Source: Bdellovibrionales bacterium (GTDB lineage: Bacteria > Bdellovibrionota > Bdellovibrionia > Bdellovibrionales > UBA1609). From it: DNA of 47,372 bases. Location: NCBI GenBank assembly GCA_022842925.1, contig JALHOQ010000004.1, positions 1 through 47,372 on the forward strand, written 5' to 3'. The translations under genes were made by a program, and so were the position numbers. This document shows positions 26,565 to 38,361 of the stretch, piece after piece (positions within the stretch are counted from its first letter, which is position 1; every line of letters begins with the position of its first letter). Under the pieces are notes generated by a model. It saw nothing but the letters and a program-made list of their open reading frames with translations. It had not been told where the DNA came from and did not search any database.

Positions 26565-27326
26565 ATGCGATCCGGGACGATTGTGGAACCAAAATCCGGC
26601 ACCAAGCTGAAACTATTACTGCTGGTCGGCGTTTTGACCGCGCTCACCGCCTGCGGAAAAAAGAAGAAGTCGCCGCCGCGCCCTTGTGGAGTTGGAGTCA
26701 ATCAGTCGGTCTGTGCGGCTGAGGTGCGGGGGCACACCGCGTGGTCGACCTGGCTCAAGTCGTATAGCGTAGATGAAAAGACCAAGCAGCCCGTACCCGG
26801 TAGTGAGAGAAAAATCACCGTGATTTACGAATTTATGGAGGCCTCACCGGCGGCCCAGTGGCGACGAACGCTGATTGTCGAAGCCGCCGACGGCAATACC
26901 GGCATGTATCAGCAAGGTCGAGTTAAGAGCCTGACGGGCAATCAAATTGAATTCATCACGGAGCAAAGCACCTGCGACGATTATAATGGCCCTCGCTTCG
27001 CCAATGCCGACTTTACACTCTACTACAACCGCTACGGAGCTACGATTAAGATGGATAACCAGCCCATCGTAGAAAAGCGAGCCCGAAGTTTAGGCGACGC
27101 CATCGCAAATGCCATGACCGAAGTAATCGGAGCAGGACTTCGCCTGGTGCTCGAACAAGCCTTCTCATTTGGCAGTGCCCGCAAATTCTTGGAGTCGGGG
27201 CACGGATCGTTTTCATTGGATCCGAATCCGTCGCTCCAACAGTTGGCGACTAAAAACGTTGAGCTCGGTTGTTTTAGTACTTTTGGAACGGGCTATACCA
27301 AGTCCGCAATCAAGCCAAACTGGTAG
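26565..27326 (+). CDS. Hypothetical lipoprotein
   Basis: ATG 26565 with AAGGGAG RBS; lipobox LTAC followed by GKKKK. Confidence 0.75.
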   Translation: MRSGTIVEPKSGTKLKLLLLVGVLTALTACGKKKKSPPRPCGVGVNQSVCAAEVRGHTAWSTWLKSYSVDEKTKQPVPGSERKITVIYEFMEASPAAQWRRTLIVEAADGNTGMYQQGRVKSLTGNQIEFITEQSTCDDYNGPRFANADFTLYYNRYGATIKMDNQPIVEKRARSLGDAIANAMTEVIGAGLRLVLEQAFSFGSARKFLESGHGSFSLDPNPSLQQLATKNVELGCFSTFGTGYTKSAIKPNW

Positions 27327-27327
27327 C

Positions 27328-27747
27328 TTAATCGAAACCCAGTCTATGCAAGTCCTCTTCGCTAAGGCCGAAGAAGTGGCCGATCTCATGCAGCAAGGTG
27401 ATCGCAATCTCTTCCCGCAGTCGCGCCCGGCCGGCTGGGGTGCCGTCGCACTCCGAAAATTCAATTAGAGCATTTCGGAACAGATACACCAGAGTGGGCA
27501 AAAGATCGGGCGCCATGACCGACTGTTCGGTTAGCGGCACTCCCACATGTAAGCCGCAGAGTTCGTCGGGGTGCTCGGCCAATTCGGTGCCCTTTAGGTC
27601 ATCGAGCACGTCGCGGGAAGGGAAATTCTCAATTCTAATTTGAATTTTATCAAAGTGACTCTTCAGATCATCGGAAATTAAAGGCAATAAATCGCGCCAT
27701 ACCTGATTCGCAATAGCGTCGAACTCTTGAGGCGAAACTCTCTTCAT
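27328..27747 (-). CDS. Minimal zincin metallopeptidase (Zincin_1/DUF1025-like)
   Basis: GLHVGVPL, P..VYLFR, TLLHEIGHFFGLSEEDL. Confidence 0.9.
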   Translation of the reverse strand: MKRVSPQEFDAIANQVWRDLLPLISDDLKSHFDKIQIRIENFPSRDVLDDLKGTELAEHPDELCGLHVGVPLTEQSVMAPDLLPTLVYLFRNALIEFSECDGTPAGRARLREEIAITLLHEIGHFFGLSEEDLHRLGFD

Positions 27748-27809
27748 CTCGACAAATCTCCACCGCGCAGCTAGGCTGAGTCATTGAAAATCAACTTGGA
27801 GACTAAAAT

Positions 27810-29864
27810 ATGATTCTGAGCCGCGTTGTCCTTGGCTTTGTTTTTCTCTTAACTGCTTGTGCCAGCCCGCAGAAGTCGGCCGTACCCGAAGACGGCTATC
27901 TGTGGCTCGAAGAGATTGAGGGGAAAAAGGCGCTCGAGTGGGTCGAGCAACAAAACAAAAAATCAATCAGTGAGCTAGAAGCCGATCCTCGCTACAAAAA
28001 GACCGAAAGTGAAATTCACAGGATTATCACGGCTCAGGACCGGATCCCTTATGTGTCACTTCGCAACGGCGAGCTTTACAACTTCTGGCAAGACACCAAG
28101 CATGTGCGCGGAATTTTGCGCAAGACCACATTGAAGGAATACAAGAAAACCAATCCCAAGTGGGAATTGATTTTGGATGTGGACGCTCTCGCTAAAAAGG
28201 AGAACGAGAACTGGGTTTACAAGGGCACGAACTGTCTGCCGCCCGAGTACACACGCTGTATGGTTAAGCTTTCGAGAGGCGGTAAAGACGCTTCGGTGCA
28301 GCGGGAATTTGACGTGAAGGCTAAGCGCTTTGTCGAAGGCGGTTTCGTTTTGCCAGAGGCCAAATCGATTGTTTCGTGGCTCGACGCCGACACCTTGCTG
28401 GTGGGAACGGATTACGGACCGGGAACTATGACCGATTCGGGTTATCCGGCGGAACTCCGAGCGTGGAAACGGGGAACCCCTATTCTCTCGGCGCAGCTCG
28501 TTTTCAAATGCAAAAAGACCGACGTCTACTGCTCCGGTATGAAGCACTTCACTCCGGAAGGAGAGACCACGATCATTTCGCGCTCCATCTCTTTCTATAC
28601 CAATGAATATTTTAAGGTGGGTCCCGATCTAAAAACGACCCAGCTTGATATTCCCGAGGAGTCCGAACTTCACGGCGTGTTTAAAGGCCATTATCTCGTT
28701 TTATTGCGCAAAGGTTGGAAGCAAGCGAAGGCCGGTGATTTAGTCGGTGTAAATGATAAGGGCGAGGTGAGCGTGATTGCCACAGCCACCGATCGCGGTG
28801 CCGTTCAAGGCGCGACCCGCAATCGGGATGCGGTCTATGTCACGAAACTGGAGAATGTCGCATCGCTCGTCGAACGAGCGACCTTCGACGGAAAGTCTTG
28901 GTCGAGCCAAAAGGTTCATCTGCCCGACCTGGGCAGTGCCGAGATCAGCTCCCTTTCGAATCAAGAGTCGATGGTGTTCTTTCAGTTCGAGGGCTATTTA
29001 ACCCCCACGACTCTCTACGTGAGTGACGATGGAGTAGCTAAGCCGGCCAAGGTAAAGTCTCTGCCCGAGCGGTTTAACGCCAAGAACTTTATGGTCGAGC
29101 AGTTCGAGGCCACCAGCCGGGATGGCACGAAAGTCCCTTACTTCCTGGTGCGATCGAAAGACAAGAAGGGTCCTGCTCCCACTTTACTCTATGGCTATGG
29201 CGGATTCGAGATTTCGGAGACTCCCTATTATTTGGGAGGAGTGGGCAAAGTGTGGCTCGAGAAGGGTGGCTCATTTGCCGTGGCCAATATTCGCGGCGGC
29301 GGGGAGTTTGGACCCAAATGGCATCAGTCGGCCCTGAAAGATCAGCGTCAGAAGAGCTTTGATGATTTTGCGGCCGTAGGCGAGGACCTGATCCAGCGCG
29401 GATTTACCACGGCCCAAAAGCTCGGCATCCGCGGCGGCAGCAATGGAGGTCTTTTGACCGGAGCGGTCTTTGTTCAAAGACCGGATCTGTTCAATGCGGT
29501 CGTTTGCCAGGTTCCGCTTCTCGATATGCTTCGCTACACAAAGCTTCTGGCTGGACCAAGCTGGGTGGCGGAATACGGCGATCCAGACGACAGCAAAATT
29601 GCTCAGTTCTGGATGCGGACTTCTCCCTATCAGAATATAAAACCCGGCGTGAAATATCCGCGCGCATTTATCTCGACGTCGACTAAAGATGACCGGGTTC
29701 ATCCGGGCCACGCCCGAAAAATGGTGGCGCGGATGATGGAACAGGGGCACCCGGTTTTGTATTATGAAAATACCGAAGGCGGCCATAGTGCGGCCGCCAA
29801 TCTCAAGCAACGGGCCCGCAAGGAAGCGCAGGCCTATGTGTACCTCTATCGTCAGTTAATGTAG
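27810..29864 (+). CDS. Prolyl oligopeptidase (S9A), lipoprotein
   Basis: Lipobox LTAC; YLWLEE, YGYGGF, NIRGGGEFG, GGSNGG (Ser), DDRVHP (Asp), GGH (His). Confidence 0.96.
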   Translation: MILSRVVLGFVFLLTACASPQKSAVPEDGYLWLEEIEGKKALEWVEQQNKKSISELEADPRYKKTESEIHRIITAQDRIPYVSLRNGELYNFWQDTKHVRGILRKTTLKEYKKTNPKWELILDVDALAKKENENWVYKGTNCLPPEYTRCMVKLSRGGKDASVQREFDVKAKRFVEGGFVLPEAKSIVSWLDADTLLVGTDYGPGTMTDSGYPAELRAWKRGTPILSAQLVFKCKKTDVYCSGMKHFTPEGETTIISRSISFYTNEYFKVGPDLKTTQLDIPEESELHGVFKGHYLVLLRKGWKQAKAGDLVGVNDKGEVSVIATATDRGAVQGATRNRDAVYVTKLENVASLVERATFDGKSWSSQKVHLPDLGSAEISSLSNQESMVFFQFEGYLTPTTLYVSDDGVAKPAKVKSLPERFNAKNFMVEQFEATSRDGTKVPYFLVRSKDKKGPAPTLLYGYGGFEISETPYYLGGVGKVWLEKGGSFAVANIRGGGEFGPKWHQSALKDQRQKSFDDFAAVGEDLIQRGFTTAQKLGIRGGSNGGLLTGAVFVQRPDLFNAVVCQVPLLDMLRYTKLLAGPSWVAEYGDPDDSKIAQFWMRTSPYQNIKPGVKYPRAFISTSTKDDRVHPGHARKMVARMMEQGHPVLYYENTEGGHSAAANLKQRARKEAQAYVYLYRQLM

Positions 29865-29870
29865 GCGCTC

Positions 29871-31964
29871 TTACTTAAGCGGCTTCATCAGAAGCCGCAG
29901 TTCGCACGGATCGGCGAAACGGGTTCCTTCGGGAGCCCTTTCGCCTTTCTCAATCAGCTCATCGATTACCTTCAAGCTCGCCTTATCGCCGCGCCAACGG
30001 GGTAACGCTCGCATTTCTCTCAGTCGCGCCACCACTTCCAAGCGCTCCCAAAGTGTACGGAGAATAATGTCCTCTTTTAGCACCTCAGGGATTTCAATCA
30101 TCTCGGGCCCATCGGTTTTCATGAGGGCGGTCGATGTTTGAGTCGGTTCCATCGGCTTGGGCGGGTCAATCAATCCGACGGCGGCGTTTAACACCTCGCT
30201 GGCATAGCTTCGAAAATCATCTTTTAAATCACTGATTCGCACTTCTCGGTAATGATCCGGCACGACGCCCACATTTTCGATCGGCCATCCATCCGGAAGT
30301 TCGGCGTAACCGTACGTACAGCGGAACGACATCTCAGAGCCCGGCATGCTCGCGGTATTGCGGTAAACAGGGCCACCCAAGCCGCAGGAGGTGTCGCCCA
30401 TCACTATGGCGCGTTTGTTGTTTTGCATTTGCGCCGGAAAGAAGTCACCCCCGCTGCCGGACATACGGTCATTGAGCAAAAGTATGGGTTTGGTGAACAC
30501 ACCTTCTTTGGCGGCGAAAACCTCGCCTGGCTTTTCGGCAAATTGCGGAAGTGAAAGTTCGAACGACGGGCCAAGGCCGGTCCATTCTTCGCCATTTTCG
30601 AAGCGGCGCTTGAGTTCGTTGTAATGGCGCTCATGTAGCCTCATCTCTGCGTAGACCCGAGACGTCTCGTCGATCGGATCGCCCTCGAAGTGTGGCTTAA
30701 TAAGGTTGAGCATGGTGATGTTGAGTTTGTAATCAGCCAAAACCGTTTGCATGGGCTGGTCGCCACTGGCGAAAAGGCTGAGCAGGCGGGAGCCGTAATA
30801 CACGTAACCGCCCGTATTACTGAGTTGGTCGATCACCAGCACGTCCACCATTTTCTCGGCTTTCTTAAGCGCCTGTGCGAGCCACTGGTATTCCGCTTTT
30901 ACGCCCGCCATTCCGTCGGGTGGGTTATAGCTGGGGATTCTTAGCACACCGATATTCTTGCCACCGTGTCGAACCATATAGAATTGCAGGCGCGAAACTG
31001 GCGAGAGACGCTTAAGTTCCGGCCTAATCATCGCCGAGTTAGCCTCATGCTGCGGCTTGGACGATTCCTCTTTGGTGCGAGTGATCTCCACATTTAAAGT
31101 GGCTCCGATGTCGACTAGGCTATCGGCCGCGTCGGTCTTGAGCAGTCCCGTTTTAAAGTAGCTGCGCACGGTTCCGCGTACGCCATAAGGCACGGCCACT
31201 TCCTCGACATTCATTTTTTGTAAAGGATCGCGCACTTCCTTAGGAAAGCGGGCGAGCAACATATTGTAGTCGTGGCGGTAAACCCAACGGAGACGGGCGG
31301 TGAACTCTTTACCGTCGCGACGAAGTTTTAAGATCGCGGTGTCGCCCTCGCGCTTCGGGCGCTGGAAGGCGTGGAAGTTATTGACGATGGTGAGCATGGC
31401 GGTTTGGTAGCGGTCACTAAAGGTGCCACCCGACATATAAATCAAATTGCGCTTGGCGTGTTCATTTACGGGTACGCCGTCCACTTCGATGATCTCGTCG
31501 CCCGGTTGGATATCCTTCATCGAAGAGTAAGGTACGATCAGGTCCTTTCGAATCATCGTCACAATCAGTTTTTCGCCAACCGATACAGCGATCACACCGA
31601 GCGTGGCCGACTCATTCGTTTGACGGGAGATATTGACGTGGCCGTCGCGCAATTCGGCGATCATGCCGACCATAAGCTGACGAAACTCTTCCGGCGGCAG
31701 AACCTTGCGATCGGATGGCGGGTCCCAGCCTAAATCTTCTTCCAGGGTCTTTCCTTGGTCGATTAATTCTTCGTATTTAGCAGCTAGTTCGTCTAGATCG
31801 GTCCCGAACATTTTGTTCTTAAATTTGATCATGCCGTAATGAGTTTTCAGTTCGGCGATGATCGCGTCGAGTGCAATCAACTGGTCATCTTTGGTTTTGA
31901 GAGCGTAGGCATTTGTAAATATAAAGAAACAGGCGAGGCAAAGCATCGCACGGAAGATATTCAT
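29871..31964 (-). CDS. Secreted S41-family protease with a PDZ-like domain, CPAF-like
   Basis: Signal peptide; LRDGHV, PGDEIIEVDG, LRIPSY, VIDQLSNTGG, SGSGGDFFPAQMQ, IENVGVVPD. Confidence 0.85.
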   Translation of the reverse strand: MNIFRAMLCLACFFIFTNAYALKTKDDQLIALDAIIAELKTHYGMIKFKNKMFGTDLDELAAKYEELIDQGKTLEEDLGWDPPSDRKVLPPEEFRQLMVGMIAELRDGHVNISRQTNESATLGVIAVSVGEKLIVTMIRKDLIVPYSSMKDIQPGDEIIEVDGVPVNEHAKRNLIYMSGGTFSDRYQTAMLTIVNNFHAFQRPKREGDTAILKLRRDGKEFTARLRWVYRHDYNMLLARFPKEVRDPLQKMNVEEVAVPYGVRGTVRSYFKTGLLKTDAADSLVDIGATLNVEITRTKEESSKPQHEANSAMIRPELKRLSPVSRLQFYMVRHGGKNIGVLRIPSYNPPDGMAGVKAEYQWLAQALKKAEKMVDVLVIDQLSNTGGYVYYGSRLLSLFASGDQPMQTVLADYKLNITMLNLIKPHFEGDPIDETSRVYAEMRLHERHYNELKRRFENGEEWTGLGPSFELSLPQFAEKPGEVFAAKEGVFTKPILLLNDRMSGSGGDFFPAQMQNNKRAIVMGDTSCGLGGPVYRNTASMPGSEMSFRCTYGYAELPDGWPIENVGVVPDHYREVRISDLKDDFRSYASEVLNAAVGLIDPPKPMEPTQTSTALMKTDGPEMIEIPEVLKEDIILRTLWERLEVVARLREMRALPRWRGDKASLKVIDELIEKGERAPEGTRFADPCELRLLMKPLK

Positions 31965-32203
31965 TTTGATTTTCCCCTTACCCTAATTATGGAACCACAA
32001 TGGCTATAAACGTCTGAATTCCCGGTCAAATTCGAAGGTGGGTTTGAATTTTTTCTTGGAAAAATTCCACGGCCGCCCGAATTGCTAACCCTCCGCGGCT
32101 AAGGCCGGGTCTGATGTTTGAGAGACGGCAGGACGCTATCTCTCAGGTTGATCAAGTCCAGCGCTGGGCTTCCATTGGTGTTCGGGGTCGAAGGAGTTCT
32201 CAA

Positions 32204-32326
32204 ATGAGTGATCTCGGTTGGCTTTACTTCTTTTTGGGATTGATGGGAGTGAACATTCTGGCGTCGGTCTTGTACTTCACGGGCTTTCGCCATCTACGCT
32301 CGACTTTTCGTCGCCGATCGCGTTAG
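32204..32326 (+). CDS. Small 40-aa membrane protein upstream of queA
   Basis: Strong GAAGGAG RBS; MSDLGWLYFFLGLMGVNILASVLYFTGFRHLRSTFRRRSR has one TM helix and an Arg-rich tail; ends 12 nt before queA. Confidence 0.55.
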   Translation: MSDLGWLYFFLGLMGVNILASVLYFTGFRHLRSTFRRRSR

Positions 32327-32338
32327 ATTCGGCGCCTT

Positions 32339-34449
<2,111 letters not shown>

Positions 34450-34518
34450 GTCGTCGTTGCCATTTCAACCTCTAAAAGGCCATAAAAGAGCCCTTAAGTA
34501 ATTTAAGGAGTCTGTATT

Positions 34519-34845
34519 ATGTTTTCATCTATGGCTTGGGCTCAAGCGGCCGCTCCCGCAGCTGCGACACCGTCCATCTGGGAACAACTTTTTCCCTTCG
34601 CGATCATTCTTCTCGTTTTCTTCTTTTTGGTTATCCGCCCGCAACAGCGGCGCAACCAGGAGCAACTTAAATTCCGCGGCGGCCTAAAAAAAGGCGATTC
34701 GGTTTTTACAACCAGCGGAATTCTCGGCACTATTGAAGGCCTCACCGATCATGTGATCACTTTGCAGATCGCGACCGGTGTGAAAATCAAAGTTCTGCGT
34801 ACGGCGATTGCCGGGGGCGCATCGGAAGAGTTGGAGAAGAAATGA
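34519..34845 (+). CDS. yajC: Preprotein translocase subunit YajC
   Basis: TM helix, then IRPQQRR and LKKGDSVFTTSGILG; lies between tgt and secD. Confidence 0.95.
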   Translation: MFSSMAWAQAAAPAAATPSIWEQLFPFAIILLVFFFLVIRPQQRRNQEQLKFRGGLKKGDSVFTTSGILGTIEGLTDHVITLQIATGVKIKVLRTAIAGGASEELEKK

Positions 34846-36530
34846 GCGAGGGGTTAAAGGGTCGGTCGGTCATTGTATTGCTGTTTCTAGCATTCTGTGT
34901 CGTGTACCTGCTGCCGAATTTCGTAAAGCTGCCCGAAGGCTGGTGGTTTCATAAAAAGAAAATCAACTATGGTCTCGACATTCAAGGCGGCGCCCATCTT
35001 GTTTACGGCGTGGATGTGAACGGCGTATTGGCCGAGCGAACTGAGCGCATGGGTCGGACACTGACTGAGGAACTTAAGGAACGGAATGTCATCGCTGAAG
35101 TGGCACTAAAGGGCGAGCGCAAGGAAATGATCGCTCTCACCGCGAAGTCGACTGAAGATCGCGCCAAGATTTCCGAATTTTTACAAGATCAGTATCCAGC
35201 GTGGCTGCAGATTGTTTCGGATTCCGGCACCACCGTTGAAGTTCGCTACTACGACGCAAAAATGTCCGAATTTCGTGAACAGATTTTAAGTCAGGCGATT
35301 GAAGTGATTCGGAACCGCGTCGATGAATTCGGTGTGGCCGAGCCGGTCATCGCCCAGCAGGGCAGTGAGCGAATCGTGGTTCAGCTCCCAGGGTTGGCCG
35401 ATCCCGCCGGCGCCAAGGAGCTGATCAATAAAGCCGCCAAGCTCGACTTCCGCATGGTCGATGAAAGCATGACCACCGAGCAGGTTCAAAACTTGGTGAC
35501 GGAAGCGGAGAAGCAGGGTGGTTTCACTCTGAACAAAGATCTGCGCTACGTCCAGTACACAAAAAAGGTAAATGAAGTCTTGAAGGGGAAGCTGCCCCCG
35601 AACACGATGATCGCTTTTGAAAAGCTCAGCAATGCGACCTCTCTCGAGGCGGGTAAGCGGGCTTGGTTGCTTAGAACAGACACAGAAGTCACGGGTGATC
35701 AGCTTGAGGACGCCCATGTGGGTTACGGCGAGTTTGGTGATCCGAACGTCGTATTCAACTTCAATCCCGAGGGGCGGCGTAAGTTTGCTAACTTGACCGG
35801 CAATAATATCGGGAAGCTGATGGCCATTGTGCTCGACGAAGTGGTTTACTCGGCTCCGCAAATTAAAGACCGTATCGACGGGCAGGGGACCATCACTCTC
35901 GGTGGTCGCAGCTTTGAAGAAAAACAAAAGGAAGGCCTGCTGATCGCCACGGCTCTCCGCGCGGGTGCGCTACCGGCGGCTCTTGAGCAATTGGAAGAGC
36001 GTTCAGTCGGTCCCTCTCTTGGTCGCGATTCGATCGAGAAGGGCAAGACGGCGGGTTATATTGGCCTCGCACTAATCACGATATTCGTGGTCTTCTACTA
36101 TAAAATGTTCGGCCTGGTGGCCGCGCTCGGACTCGGTTTGAATGTGGTTGGACTGTTGGCCGTGCTCAGTGCCCTTGGCGCCACTCTCACTTTGCCGGGT
36201 ATCGCTGGGATAACACTTACGGTCGGTATGGCGATTGATGCCAATGTCATTATTTTTGAACGGATTAAAGAAGAGTTGGCGCGTGGTGTGCCCATGAAGC
36301 TCGCCATTAAGGACGGCTTTCAAAATGCCTGGTCGGCGATCTTCGATTCCAACGTCACGACCGCGATCGCCGCCGCTGTCTTGATTTATTTCGGCTCGGG
36401 ACCCGTTCGCGGTTTCGGTGTGACTCTAATCGCGGGAATCGCCACGACCATGATCACAGCTGTATTCGTGACCCACTGGCTGCTCGACCTTCTGGTCGCG
36501 AAGTCAAAAAACCAAAAGATCGCGATTTAG
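34842..36530 (+). CDS. secD: Protein translocase subunit SecD
   Basis: GLDIQGG, IRNRVDEFGVAEP, VGPSLG, GMAIDANVIIFERIKEE, DSNVTT. Confidence 0.98.
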   Translation: MSEGLKGRSVIVLLFLAFCVVYLLPNFVKLPEGWWFHKKKINYGLDIQGGAHLVYGVDVNGVLAERTERMGRTLTEELKERNVIAEVALKGERKEMIALTAKSTEDRAKISEFLQDQYPAWLQIVSDSGTTVEVRYYDAKMSEFREQILSQAIEVIRNRVDEFGVAEPVIAQQGSERIVVQLPGLADPAGAKELINKAAKLDFRMVDESMTTEQVQNLVTEAEKQGGFTLNKDLRYVQYTKKVNEVLKGKLPPNTMIAFEKLSNATSLEAGKRAWLLRTDTEVTGDQLEDAHVGYGEFGDPNVVFNFNPEGRRKFANLTGNNIGKLMAIVLDEVVYSAPQIKDRIDGQGTITLGGRSFEEKQKEGLLIATALRAGALPAALEQLEERSVGPSLGRDSIEKGKTAGYIGLALITIFVVFYYKMFGLVAALGLGLNVVGLLAVLSALGATLTLPGIAGITLTVGMAIDANVIIFERIKEELARGVPMKLAIKDGFQNAWSAIFDSNVTTAIAAAVLIYFGSGPVRGFGVTLIAGIATTMITAVFVTHWLLDLLVAKSKNQKIAI

Positions 36531-36542
36531 GGGATTGGGACA

Positions 36543-37520
36543 ATGTCGACAATGACAAACACGCAAAAGAAAAACGACTGGGGCCGCTTCGATTTCCTAG
36601 GGGTTTCCAAGTACATCACGATCATGTCGGTTAGCTTCACGGCTTTATGCTTGGTGCTCATCGCGGTGAAAGGTTTCAACTTCGGAGTCGACTTTGCCGG
36701 CGGTATTGAGATCCAAGTCATGTTTAAAGAAAACGTGGACGCGGCTCGGGTCCGATCCTTTATGTCCGACTCCGGATTTCCCAAAGCCAACGTGCAGAGC
36801 ATCGGCGGGCAACACGAGTACTTGATTAATATTGAGAACCTGAAAGACGCCAGTGAAGAAGAGACCAACAAGTACATCACCGCTACGGTGGAGAAACTTA
36901 AAGGGTCATTGGCTTCGACCTTTGCTCAGCAAGGTGCCGAAGTTCGACAAGTCAATACGGTCGGCCCGCAGATCGGCAAAGAGCTCCGCCGAAATGGTAC
37001 GCTGGCCGGCTTTTACTGTCTTTTGTTAATTTTGATTTATGTCGGTCTGCGCTTTGACTATCGTTTTGCTCCGGCCGCCGTCTTCTGTTTGATCCACGAT
37101 GCGGTTATTACCATGGGGCTTTACTCGATCTTCGGTTGGGAATTCACGGTGCAAACGATGGCCGCGGTTCTTACGATCATCGGTTATTCGCTGAACGATA
37201 CGATCGTGATTTTTGACCGAATTCGAGAGAATCAAGAAGTACATCGGGACAAGGATCTCTATTGGATCGCGAACCGTTCCCTAAACGAAACCCTTTCGCG
37301 CACGATTTTGACGTATGTGACGACTAATTTCACGGTGATGGCGATGTACATCTTCGCGGATGGAGTCATCAAAGACTTCGCCTTAACTATGATGATTGGT
37401 ATGGCGCTGGGCGTGTTCTCGACGGTTTACGTCGCGACACCCTTGATGTTGTTGGCCGATCACTATCAAAAGCAGAAGCGGCAGCGCATTCAGCAGGCCG
37501 CCTATTCCGGGGGCAAATAG
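36543..37520 (+). CDS. secF: Protein translocase subunit SecF
   Basis: GVDFAGG, VGPQIG, IGYSLNDTIVIFDRIRE, TLSRT. Confidence 0.98.
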   Translation: MSTMTNTQKKNDWGRFDFLGVSKYITIMSVSFTALCLVLIAVKGFNFGVDFAGGIEIQVMFKENVDAARVRSFMSDSGFPKANVQSIGGQHEYLINIENLKDASEEETNKYITATVEKLKGSLASTFAQQGAEVRQVNTVGPQIGKELRRNGTLAGFYCLLLILIYVGLRFDYRFAPAAVFCLIHDAVITMGLYSIFGWEFTVQTMAAVLTIIGYSLNDTIVIFDRIRENQEVHRDKDLYWIANRSLNETLSRTILTYVTTNFTVMAMYIFADGVIKDFALTMMIGMALGVFSTVYVATPLMLLADHYQKQKRQRIQQAAYSGGK

Positions 37521-37706
37521 ATGATTCGCTGGAACGCCGGTTTCATTCGTGGTTTGGCCGAAAGCGTGCTCGCAAGAGCACGCGTGATCCGGAGTTCCCT
37601 CACTCAGTACAACGCGAGCGGCACGCAAGATCCCGCTGCGAAACAGCGGAAGCGCAAAAAAGCCGCGGTCAAGCGGGCGCGCACGCCTCGCCGGCCCAAT
37701 GGATAA
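37521..37706 (+). CDS. Possible small basic protein bridging secF and queC
   Basis: ATG directly follows the secF TAG and its stop overlaps the queC start region; Arg/Lys-rich; no recognised family. Confidence 0.35.
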   Translation: MIRWNAGFIRGLAESVLARARVIRSSLTQYNASGTQDPAAKQRKRKKAAVKRARTPRRPNG

Positions 37707-38361
37707 AGCGGTCGTACTTCTTTCTTCCGGCCTCGACTCCTCTTACAACCTGCTTAAGGCCACGGGCCAATTTGAAGTCGCTCTGGCTCTCACGTTCGAC
37801 TATGGCCAAAAGGCCGCGCAGCGAGAGTGCGAGCGGGCCGCAGCCTTGGCTAGACACTATAAGGTTCCCCACAAAGTCATTTCGCTCCCTTGGTTTAAAG
37901 ACTTCACTAAGACGACTTTGGTCGGTGGTGGTAAAATCCCCAGCGGCGCCGATGTGAAGATCGATGATTTAAAACAGTCGCTGGAGACGGCGAAGTCGGT
38001 GTGGGTGCCCAACCGTAACGGAATCTTTTTAAATATCGCCGCCGGTTTTGCTGAAGGATTGGGTGCGAAATACATTATCCCCGGTTTCAACCTCGAAGAG
38101 GCGCAGACTTTTCCCGACAATAGCGCCGCGTTTTTAAAATCCCTTGATGCGACTTTTGCCTTCTCCACCCAGAACGGTGTACGCACCCACTGCTATTCGG
38201 CGCACTTAAACAAAACTCAGATCGTCAAAGAGGCGATGGTCGCCGACCTGCCTTTTCAGGTGCTCTGGCCCTGCTATCTCGATGGCGACAGGTGGTGCGG
38301 AACCTGCGAGTCCTGCCAGCGGTTTAACCGGGCCCTTGCCGCTAATGGATTGAAAATATGA
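37699..38361 (+). CDS. queC: 7-cyano-7-deazaguanine (preQ0) synthase, variant type
   Basis: PP-loop SSGLDS, FDYGQ, WVPNRNGIFL, Zn ligands WPCY...CGTCESC. Confidence 0.93.
   Translation: MDKAVVLLSSGLDSSYNLLKATGQFEVALALTFDYGQKAAQRECERAAALARHYKVPHKVISLPWFKDFTKTTLVGGGKIPSGADVKIDDLKQSLETAKSVWVPNRNGIFLNIAAGFAEGLGAKYIIPGFNLEEAQTFPDNSAAFLKSLDATFAFSTQNGVRTHCYSAHLNKTQIVKEAMVADLPFQVLWPCYLDGDRWCGTCESCQRFNRALAANGLKI

Noticed and set aside
23195-27326. Genomic island or prophage integrated at tRNA-Leu
   Set aside because: No integrase or phage genes, and I saw no duplicate of the tRNA 3' end in the window.
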